This document shows positions 37,439-46,380 of a stretch of DNA of 64,000 nt, piece by piece. The position numbers and the translations under genes were made by a program. Source of the DNA: an uncultured Actinomycetes bacterium (GTDB lineage Bacteria; Actinomycetota; Acidimicrobiia; IMCC26256; JACDBD01); NCBI GenBank assembly GCA_963737605.1, contig CAVTTE010000001.1, positions 2,631-66,630 of the forward strand, given 5' to 3'. The stretch's first letter is position 1; each line of letters opens with the position of its first letter. The notes under the pieces are model-generated. The model did not search any database and had not been told where the DNA came from. It worked only from the letters and a program-made list of their open reading frames with translations.

Positions 37439-38342
37439 TCACGCGGCGGGGTGGGGATGGGTCTCCTCGTAGGTCGTTCGCTCCGGGAGCAGGAACTCGT
37501 ACCGTTGGTGCCGCACGCGCTGCTGCCACCAACGGTTCACGCGCTGGAGTCGGAACAACACCGGCCACAGGCGGCGGTCCTGGGCATGCACGCGCTCGGC
37601 CTCCGCTCTCGTCAACCGGGGCTCGACGCGTGTGTTGATGACGGCGAGCGCCGGCTCCAGCCAGCCTGTCTGATCCTCCTTCAGGAGGTTGGCGGCCAGA
37701 TCGAGGAGCGAACCACGAGCGGTCGTCCAGCGCCGGATCAGCTTCGTCATCTCGCGGCGGACAACCGGACGCACGACGGCCGGAAGCGCAGCCAGGAACG
37801 GCGAGAGATCGAACGCCGGGCGCTTCCGCTCGTCGAGCAGGAACGGTGTCGTCAGGTCCAGCTGCCAGGGCTCATCGTCGAGCCACATCCAGTTGCTCAG
37901 CTGCGCATCGAGACCGACACGCTCGGTAGTGGCGCGGGTCACGGTGTCGACGACGGCTTCGAGGAGCGGGTGGCCAGCGCGAAGGCGGCGCCGCGCGCAG
38001 CACCTCGATAGCGAGCGCGTCGGGCGGCAGTAGTGGCTGCACATGGAAGCCGGTCACGCGCCCGTCGCCCCGCACGAGGTGGTGCAGATCGGTGTCCAGC
38101 ACCCGGACCCCGCGCCCGCGCAACTCTCCGATGTAGCGCATCACGACGTCGCGATACCTCTCGAAGGCGTCGAGATCGGCGAACGGAGGCAGGCGCTTGC
38201 ACGCGACCACCGGGGCGTCCGCCGGCCAGCCGAGCACGAGACTGATCTCACCGTGGCCGACGAGCCGCAGCCGGCCGGTTTCGCCGGTCGCGAGCGCGTG
38301 CGAAACGTCGGCCTCGAGCCCCTCGAGGTCGGGGGTGATCAT
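37439..38342 (-). CDS. Conserved protein with a kinase-fold-like N-terminus (possible small-molecule phosphotransferase); one frame change (~38010)
   Basis: ATG 38342 overlaps the aminotransferase stop (ATGA). RLVGHGEISLVLGWP and VVACKRLPPF resemble the glycine-rich loop and the catalytic-Lys strand of APH/protein-kinase-fold enzymes. Pieces are the 3' part of minus ORF 37872..40088 and ORF 37439..38044. Confidence 0.4.
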
Positions 38343-39593
38343 GCCGCGGCTGCGGCCGCGGCGCGGTCGAGACCGCCGAGGACCTCGTCGACCTCTGCCG
38401 CGTCGATCACGAGGGGCGGCATCACGAGCAGGGTCTCCTGCCGGTTGTTCGCCCAGATGGCGAGCACGCCCTGCTCGATCGCGGCGAGCATCAGGCGCGA
38501 GCACACCTCGGACGACGGCGTGTCGAGGGCCCGCATGAGCCCCAGCCCGCGGTGGCCGACCAGCACCCCCGGATGGCGCCCGCACAGCTCGTCGAAGCCG
38601 GCGGCGAGGCGCTCGCCCATCGCGCGGACGTGCTCGAGGAACCCGGGCTCGGTGACCTTGTCGACGACGGCCTGCACGACCACTGCGCCCGAGCTCCGAG
38701 CCGCCGTAGCTGGACGGATGGAAGAACGGGTCGGTGCCGAAGAAGGTGTCGACGCGCTCGCCGAAGCAGCAGGCCGCGATCGGGTAGACGCCGGCCGACA
38801 GTCCCTTCCCGGTGACGAGGAGGTCCGGGACGACGTCCCAGTGCTCGCACGCCCAGATCGCGCCGGTGCGGCCCAGACCCGATTGCACCTCGTCGAGGAG
38901 GAGCAGTGCGCCGCGCTCGTCGCAGATCGCTCGGACGCCGGGCCAGAAGTCGTCGTCCGGGACGATGTAGCCGGCGGTGGCCGGGATCGTCTCCATGCAC
39001 ACCGCCGCCGTCTCGTCGTCGACGGCACGGTCGACGGCGCCGAGGTCGCCGAAGGGCACCTTCGCGACGCCGGGCACGAGGGGGCGGAACCACTTCGTGT
39101 CGCGCTCCTCGTCCATCGCCAGCGCGAAGCCGACGTGACCGTGATAGCCGTGCTCCGCGGCCACGATCCCGGTGCGGCCCGTGACGGCGCGGGCGAGCTT
39201 GCACGCGACCTCGACGGCCTCGCCGCCGCCCGGCGTGAAGAACGTATAGGTGAGGTCACCGGGAAGCGTGCGCGCCAGCGCCCCTGCGGCCCGAGCCCGC
39301 ACGGCCGACGGCAGGAGCCAATCGCCCATATCGCCCAGGTCCTCGAGCGCGGTCGACAGCGCTTCGATCGCGAAGCGGGGTCGGTGACCGAAGTCGAACA
39401 CGCCGCCCGAGCTCCGGCAGTTGATGTACGCCTTGCCGTCGAGATCCCAGATCCGGACCCCGTCGCGGCGGCCCTGCACGATGCTCAGGCCGAGGGCTCG
39501 AAAGGCCTTCGCCTTCTCGGCCGACAGGTGCTCGCCGACGAGGTCGAACCCCGCGTCGTTGCTCGCCGGGAGCGTCGAAGAGATCACGCTCAC
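38339..39593 (-). CDS. Class-III (acetylornithine/GABA-type) PLP-dependent aminotransferase family protein; one frame change (~38700)
   Basis: GTG 39593 or 39587 follows GGGGGAGGAG. Motifs: INCRSSGGVFDFGHRP, FFTPGGGEAVEVACKLAR, AAEHGYHGH, LLLDEVQSGLGRTGAIWACEHW, PDLLVTGKGLSAG (PLP Lys). Pieces lie in minus ORFs 37872..40088 and 38339..39259. Confidence 0.8.
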
Positions 39594-39685
39594 TGCTCCT
39601 CCCCCAGGTCTGCACGTCTGGTCGCAGCACGCGCAGTATGCGGCCGCGGGAGAATCGGCGATAGGGGCCGAACGGGGCCACTGAA

Positions 39686-39699
39686 GGGACCTTCGGCCC
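39686..39699. promoter_or_regulatory. Candidate operator, GGGAC CTTC GGCCC
   Basis: It lies in the aminotransferase / Liv-SBP divergent gap. It is the third exact copy of the 12-mer GGGACCTTCGGC. Confidence 0.4.
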
Positions 39700-39785
39700 C
39701 GGTTCCCGTGCCCATTCGCTCTGGCCCGGCGGTCACCCCCAAGCCCACAGTGGGTTTCACTGCACGAAGGCACGAGGGGGGAGCC

Positions 39786-41327
39786 ATGTCTGCGCCCGAG
39801 GACCCGCGGCGGATCCGCGCCGAGGACGGGCTGCGCAGGCCCGTCGATCGGCGGACGTTCATCCGGTGGGCGGGCAGCAGCAGCCTCGCCGGGCTCGGCC
39901 TGCTCGGCGCCTTCGGCGGCATGGGTTCCGCCGGCGCGAGCGGCACGCGGCTGCTCCGGACCGGCGCGGCGTCGACCGTCGGAAGGCTGCCGAAACAGCT
40001 GAAAGTGGGCGTGATCGTCCCCACGTCGGGGATCGGGCAGTTCATCGGTGACATCACCCAGCGGTCGTTGGGCGCGGCGAAGCAGCACATCCAGGAGGAG
40101 GGGCTGTTCAAGGGCACGGAGGTCGACTACGAGATCGTGAACGCGCCCGCGGAGCGCTTCGCCGACGCGACCAACCAGGCGTACAGCAAGCTGATCGCCG
40201 ACCCCGACGTCGTCGGGATCCTCTGGTGCACGCCGATCGGGCTGAAGGAGGCACGCGCGCAGATCCGGCGTGACCAGATCCCCGTGATCGCGGTCTTCGG
40301 CGACCCGTATGCGGACGGGTACCTGTACCCCAAGGGATCAGAACGCTCGATCTTCCAGCTTCTGCTGCCGGACACGATGTCGTTCGACGCATTGTGTCGG
40401 TACGCGGCCAAGGACCGCGACTACAAGAGCGTGGGGCTCATCTACGACGGCACGACACTCGGCGCGGCGCGCGCACAGTTCGAGGCGGCCGCCAAGAAGA
40501 ACCGCCTCCGGGTCGCGGGCATCGAGGAGTTCCAGATCTTCTCGGGCGACTACGGCGCGCAACTCCAGAGGCTCAAGGACGCCGGCCCGCAGTCCTTGAT
40601 CGTGTGGGGCCTCGCCGACAACACGGCCGGCATCGTCAAGGGGCTCCGAGATCTCGGCGCCGACTACGTGGACACGCCGACCGCCAAGCAGGGGGCGGAG
40701 TGGCGCCCGCAGGTGCTCGGCTATCCGGGCGGCACCGGCGAGAAGAAGTGGGCCGAGCTGGCCGGCGACGCCGCCAAGGGCGGCAGCCTCACGGCGTGGT
40801 ACCTGGGAGGCCTCGTGGGCGGACCGCAGTTCGCGATCCGCGACTGGCTCGTTGCCTACGACGGCAAGGGCGCGAGCGGCGGCGAGGAATCACCCGCGAA
40901 CGGGTGGTGGGCGCTCCTCCAAGCGGTGAAGGAAGCGGGCGGAACCGACCGCCGGAAGATGGTCACCGCCCTCGAGCAGCTCCGGACGCGCTTCGCCGGA
41001 CTCCCCTTCGGCTTCGGCCCCAAGCAGCACCTGGGGATGACACGCGACGACGTCGTGCTCATCACGCTCGAGCGTTACACGGGACCGGTCGTGACCGACC
41101 CGCCCTACGCGATCGGGCGCGAGTGGAAGGAGACCTTCCCGCTCATCCAGGCGGACTACGTCGGGCCCGCGCATCTCGTCCGCCCGACCCTTGCCGCGAA
41201 CCGGCGGTCCCAGCCGGAGTACATCCAGCAGATCCTCGACGAGGGTTGGGGAACGCAGTGCACGAAGACGCCGCCGGACGCGCTCGGCAACGACGTCGAG
41301 CTGAGCAACGAGTGCAAGATCCACTGA
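39786..41327 (+). CDS. ABC transporter substrate-binding protein, Liv (branched-chain amino acid/amide) family, Tat-type signal
   Basis: ATG 39786 lies within ORF 38043..41327. RRTFIRWAGSSSLAGLGLLGAFGG is a twin-arginine-like signal. The periplasmic-binding type I region starts at LKVGVIVPTSGIGQF. It is followed by the livH/M/G/F genes. 513 aa, no frame problem seen. Confidence 0.75.
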   Translation: MSAPEDPRRIRAEDGLRRPVDRRTFIRWAGSSSLAGLGLLGAFGGMGSAGASGTRLLRTGAASTVGRLPKQLKVGVIVPTSGIGQFIGDITQRSLGAAKQHIQEEGLFKGTEVDYEIVNAPAERFADATNQAYSKLIADPDVVGILWCTPIGLKEARAQIRRDQIPVIAVFGDPYADGYLYPKGSERSIFQLLLPDTMSFDALCRYAAKDRDYKSVGLIYDGTTLGAARAQFEAAAKKNRLRVAGIEEFQIFSGDYGAQLQRLKDAGPQSLIVWGLADNTAGIVKGLRDLGADYVDTPTAKQGAEWRPQVLGYPGGTGEKKWAELAGDAAKGGSLTAWYLGGLVGGPQFAIRDWLVAYDGKGASGGEESPANGWWALLQAVKEAGGTDRRKMVTALEQLRTRFAGLPFGFGPKQHLGMTRDDVVLITLERYTGPVVTDPPYAIGREWKETFPLIQADYVGPAHLVRPTLAANRRSQPEYIQQILDEGWGTQCTKTPPDALGNDVELSNECKIH

Positions 41328-41343
41328 CGGAGGCACGCTGACG

Positions 41344-42255
41344 ATGTCGAGGGTGCTCCAGGTCGTCGTCTACACGCTGACGATCGGGTCCGTGTACGCA
41401 CTCGTCGCGCTCGGGTACGGCCTGATCTTCTCGACCACGCGGATCGTGAACTTCGCCCAGGGCACGCTCGTGGTCGTCGGCGGTTATCTCGCCTGGTGGC
41501 TCTTCGTGAGCACGTTCGACGAGGGCGTGCCGCTCGTAGTGGTGCTCCTGCTGGTGATCGTGCTGTCGGCGCTGATCGGCCTCTTCGTCGATCTGGTGGC
41601 CGTGCTGCCGCTGGGCCGGTTCGATCCGGCGACGAACATCGCGTGGCTCGTCACCACCTTCGGCGCCGGCGTCGTCCTGCAGGAGATCGTCGCGAAGTCG
41701 ATCAGCGACAGCGGGCAATCCCTCCCTGCGCTCGCGGAGTCGTTCTTCGGCTGGCGCGGCTCGGTCCTCGAGGACGTCGCGATTCGCCCGAGCGATGCCG
41801 TCCTTGTGGGCGCCACGATCGCACTGTTCTTCGCCCTCGAAGCACTTCAGGTGCGCACGAAGATCGGCCGGGCGTTTCGAGGCGTCGCCCAGGACCGCCA
41901 GGCGGCGTCGCTCATGGGCATCAACCCGACGGCCATGGTGATGCTGAGCTTCATGATCGCCGGCGCGCTCGCGGCCATCGCGGGCGTGCTGGTCGCGCCC
42001 CGCCTCGGGGTGCGCTTCAACATCGGCCTGAACCTCGGCGTGTTCGGATTCGTCGCCGCCGTCATCGGCGGTCTGGGGTCGACCCGGGGCGCGATCGTGG
42101 GCGGCTACCTCGTCGGCTTCGTCGACGGCGTGACCGGCGTGCTGAGCAGTCGTGCGGACGCATACGCGCCGCTGGCCATCTTCGCCGTGTTCGTCCTCGT
42201 TCTCGCGCTCCGCCCGACGGGGCTGCTGGGCAAAGCCGTCGTGGAGAAGGTGTGA
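41344..42255 (+). CDS. Branched-chain amino acid ABC transporter permease (LivH family)
   Basis: ORF 41344..42255, 303 aa, intact. Motifs: GSVYALVALGYGLIFSTTRIVNFAQG, GVAQDRQAASLMGINP. Confidence 0.85.
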   Translation: MSRVLQVVVYTLTIGSVYALVALGYGLIFSTTRIVNFAQGTLVVVGGYLAWWLFVSTFDEGVPLVVVLLLVIVLSALIGLFVDLVAVLPLGRFDPATNIAWLVTTFGAGVVLQEIVAKSISDSGQSLPALAESFFGWRGSVLEDVAIRPSDAVLVGATIALFFALEALQVRTKIGRAFRGVAQDRQAASLMGINPTAMVMLSFMIAGALAAIAGVLVAPRLGVRFNIGLNLGVFGFVAAVIGGLGSTRGAIVGGYLVGFVDGVTGVLSSRADAYAPLAIFAVFVLVLALRPTGLLGKAVVEKV

Positions 42256-44973
42256 CCGCCGTCGACCAGCGCGTCGCGGGCGCGGGTGAGGCCGCCGTCG
42301 CGACCAAGCCGGTCGGGCGTGCCCCATGGCGGGCGACGCTCGGCCACTACTTCCCGCTCTTGGTGCTCGTGGGCTTCCTGACGTGGTTCGGTACGGCCCA
42401 GTCGACGGATCGATTCTGGATCACGCTCGGCATCCAAGCCCTCTGGACCGCGATCGCGGTGATCGGCTTGAACATCCTGCTCGGTTACACCGGCCTCCTG
42501 TCGCTCGGGCATTACGCCTTCTTCCTCTACGGCGGCTTCGTCGGCGCGATCTGGGCGGTGCAGGACTGGGGGCTCAGCCCGTGGCTGGGGTTCCCGCTCG
42601 CGTTCGCGGCCGGAATGCTCCTCGGCGCCCTCCTCGCGCTCACCTGCTGTCATCTTCACGGCTTTTACCTCACCGTGGTGACGCTCGCGTTCGGGCTGAT
42701 CGCAGCGGCGCTGGCGTTGCTCTTCGAGAGCCTGTTCAACGGGCTGTCGGGCCGGTCGGTCGACCAACCCCTCGACACGAACTTCTTCTTCCTCGACGCG
42801 AACAACCCGAACCGACCCTTCGTCGGGCTCTACTGGATCGGGGTCGTCCTCCTGCTCCTCTCGCTGTATATGAGCTGGAACCTCGTGCACAGCCGTTGGG
42901 GTCGCGGGTACAAGGCGATCCGAGAATCAGAGGTCGCGGCGAGGCTTTCGGGCATCCCGACCTACTGGTTCAAGGTGTCGGCGTTCGCGCTCTCGGCCGG
43001 GTTCGTCTCGCTCGCCGGGGTCCTCGCGGCGCAGACCAACCTCCAGGTCACGATGGTGAACGGCAGCGCCATCGTGGGCCAGTCGTTCCAGTACGTGATC
43101 TTCGCGTTCTTCGGTGGGCTCGGCACGCTTGCAGGCCCGATCGTGGGCGCGTTCACGTTCACCCTCGGGTTCGGCATCGACTTCGGAGGCGAGAGTTCGA
43201 CGGAGCGGCTGAGCGAGTACGACGCGCTGTTCTACGGCGTGCTGATCATCGTGATCGCGATCGTCGCGCCCCGCGGCATCGTGGGCGCGTGGCACGCCCT
43301 CGTGGCGCGCATCAAGCGTCGTACGACGCCGCAGACTTCGGAGCCGGCACCCGTGTCGGCGGTCTCACCACGGCGGGTCGAGCTCCGGCGCGTCTCGACC
43401 CACGGCCGCAGTGCGCCGCCCGCGCGCGGGCCGATTCTCGACATCCGGGGGGTGACGAAGCGCTTCGGGGGCGTGTCGGCGCTCTCGCACGTCGACGTCG
43501 CGATCGAGCCCGGGAATATCCACGCCGTCATCGGGCCGAACGGTTCGGGGAAGACGACGCTGATCAACGTCGTCACCGGCATCTACCGTTCCGACGACGG
43601 AAGGGTGCTCTTCCGGGACCGCGACCTGACGAGCCTGCCGGCGCAGCGCCGCACCGGGCTCGGCGTCGCCCGAACCTTTCAGGCCTGCCAGATCTGGCGC
43701 CGGATGACCGTGCTCGAGAACGTGATCGTCGGCGCGCACACGCGCACTCGCGCCGGGCTCATCCGCTCGTTGCTCGTCCCCGGCCGGCTCCGGCAGCGAG
43801 GAGCAGCGCGTTCGCGACCGCGCGCTCGAGCTGCTCGCGTTCGTGGGATTGGCCGACCGCAGCGACGAGCCGGCCGGCAGCCTGGCCTTCGGCGACCAGC
43901 GGCGGCTCGAGGTGGCGCGCGCCCTCGCGTCGGAGCCCGACGTCCTGCTGCTCGACGAGCCGGTCGCCGGCATGCACCCACGCGAGATCGGCGACATGAC
44001 CATGCTGATCGAGCAGATCCGGGCGGCCGGGATCACCGTGCTGCTCGTCGAGCACCACGTGGACGTGGTCATGCACCTGTCCGATCGCGTGACCGTGCTC
44101 GACGGCGGCAGAGTGATCTCCGAGGGCACCCCCGCCGAGGTGCGCGCCGACCCGAATGTCATCGCGGCCTACCTCGGGGAGGAGACACGGACGACGCCGG
44201 CTCGCACGTCGCCCGTGCAACCGCTGGTGGCCGACGACCCGGCTCGCGAGGAGCGCGCACCGATCCTGACCGTCCGTGGGCTCCAAGTGCAGTACGGCGC
44301 GGCCCGCGTCCTGCATGGGATCGACCTCGACGTCTGCGAGGGTGAGATCGTCGCCATCATCGGGAGCAACGGCGCCGGGAAGACGACGAGCCTCAAGACC
44401 GTCTCGGGCGTGAGCGAGCTCTTGAAGTCCGTGCACGGCGAGGTCACCTTCCTCGGCGAGCGCGTCGAGCGTCGCCCTGCATACCGGATCGCGCGCATGG
44501 GCATGGCCCACGTGCCGGAGGGACGCCGCGTGTTCGCGGACTCGACGGTCCAGGAGAACCTGTTGCTCGGCGCGTACCGCCGGCGCGATCACCGGGTCGC
44601 CGACGACCTCGAATCGGCGTACGCGCGGTTCCCGGTGCTGAAGGAGCGGCGTCATACGCCGGCCGGCCTCCTGTCGGGCGGCGAGCAGCAAATGCTCGCC
44701 ATCGCCCGCGGCCTCGTCTCCGCGCCGCGCTGCCTGCTGCTCGACGAGCCTTCATTGGGCCTCGCCCCGATCCTCGTCGACCAGGTGTTCGGCATCGTCC
44801 GGGAGCTCGCCCGCGATGGCATGACGATCCTGATCGTCGAGCAGATGGCGACGAAGGCGCTGGCGGTCGCCGACCGCGCCTACGTCCTCGAGACCGGAGT
44901 GATCGCGGCGCAGGGCCCGGCGCTCGAGCTCGCGTCGGATCCCACGGTGCAAGCGACGTACTTCGGCGGGTGA
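42252..44973 (+). CDS. Fused LivM-type permease, LivG-type ATPase and LivF-type ATPase in one reading frame; one +1 frame change (~43785)
   Basis: GTG 42252 overlaps the livH stop (GTGA). The permease part has LLGYTGLLSLGHYAFF. ATPase 1 has GPNGSGKTTL, then, after the shift, LAFGDQRRLEVARAL, LLLDEPVAGM and VEHH. A ~30-aa linker with no stop follows. ATPase 2 has GSNGAGKTTS, LSGGEQQMLAIARGL and LLLDEPSLGLAP. Pieces lie in ORFs 41496..44345 and 43843..44973. Confidence 0.75.
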
Positions 44974-46380
44974 TGACCATGGAGCGGCTGGGCGCCCTCG
45001 ATGCCGAGTTCCTGCACATGGAGGACGGGATCGCGCACATGCACGTCGCCGGCGTCTCGGTGTTCGAGGGCCCGGCCCCGACCGTGGACGAGCTCGGGCG
45101 GCTGCTCACCGCCAAGCTCCACCTCATCCCCCGCTACCGGCAGCGCGTGCGGTTCGCTCCCCTCGCGCTCGGCCGACCGGTGTGGCAGGACGACCCGCAC
45201 TTCAACCTCGCGTACCACCTCCGCCATACGGCGCTGCCCCCGCCGGGCGGCGACGCCGACCTGTGCCGGCTCATGGGCCGGCTCATGTCGCAGCCACTCC
45301 ATCGCGATCGCCCGCTGTGGGAATCCTGGATGGTCGAGGGCTTGCCCAAGGGTCGCTGGGCCGTGATCTCCAAGGTCCACCACTGCATGGTCGACGGGAT
45401 CTCCGGTGTGGAGCTCCTCCACGTGCTGCTCGCCGTGGATCGTGACGAGCCGTTGCCCGAGCCGCAGCCGTGGAAGCCGGCGCCCGAGCCCTCCGGCCCC
45501 GCAGTGGTGGTCGACGCGTGGGAGGGCCTCGCCGGCGACCTCACTGCTGCGCTCCGACGGGTACCGGCGGCGCTGCGCGACCCGCTCGGCGCGGGGCGGT
45601 CCGTCGCGCGGACGAGCCAGGGTGCTCTCCGGTTCGGGCGCCATCTGGCGACCACACCACCGCTCTCGATCGAGGGAACGATCGGGCCGAACCGTGCGTG
45701 GGCGCATTCCTCGGCGAAGATCGACGACATCCGGGTCATCCGCGGCGCGTTTGACGGCACGTTGAACGATGTGGTGCTCGCAGCCGTCGCGGGTGGATAC
45801 CGCGAAGCTGCTGCTCCGTCGCGGCGACGACGCCGACCACGCGGTGCTTCGCTCCCTCGTGCCCGTCTCGGTGCGTTCCGAGGACGCGCGTGGCGATCCC
45901 GGCAACCAGGTGTCGGCGTTCCTGTACGAGCTCCCGGTCCATGTGGCCGACCCGCTCGAGCGGCTCCGCGCGGTCCACGAGGAGATGAGCGATCTCAAGG
46001 AGTCGCACATGGCAGATGCGGGCGAAGCAGCCGTGACCATCGGCGAGCTCGCGCCGCCGATGATCGTAGGGTTGGTTTCCCGAGTCGGCTCGCGCATCAT
46101 GCACCGACTGCCGCAACGCTCGGTCAACACGGTGACGACCAACGTTCCCGGACCCCAGTTTCCGCTGTATTGCCTGGGACGGGAGATGCTCGAGTACTAC
46201 CCCTACGTTCCTCTCAGTCATGGCGTGCGGGTCGGCACCGCCGTCCTCTCGTACAACGGTCGTCTCGCGTTCGGGATCACCGGCGACTTCGACACCGCAT
46301 CCGACGTCGGCGTCCTCGCCCGGGCGATCAAGGCCGGCATCAGAGAGCTCAAGAAGCTCGCGACGAGACAACCTCGGTGA
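44973..46380 (+). CDS. Wax ester synthase / diacylglycerol acyltransferase (WS/DGAT, Tgs family); one frame change (~45790)
   Basis: ATG 44973 overlaps the upstream stop (TGATG). Motifs: LDAEFLHMEDGIAHMHVAGV, KVHHCMVDGISG (HHxxxDG), then NVPGPQFPLYCLGREMLEYYPYVPL. Pieces are ORF 44970..47969 (first ~275 codons) and ORF 45769..46380. Confidence 0.85.

Noticed and set aside
38043-39785. N-terminal 580 codons of the 1094-aa plus-strand ORF 38043..41327.
   Set aside because: This part is antisense to the aminotransferase and the kinase-like gene and has no homology-like features. The real SBP gene starts at ATG 39786 with a Tat-like signal peptide.
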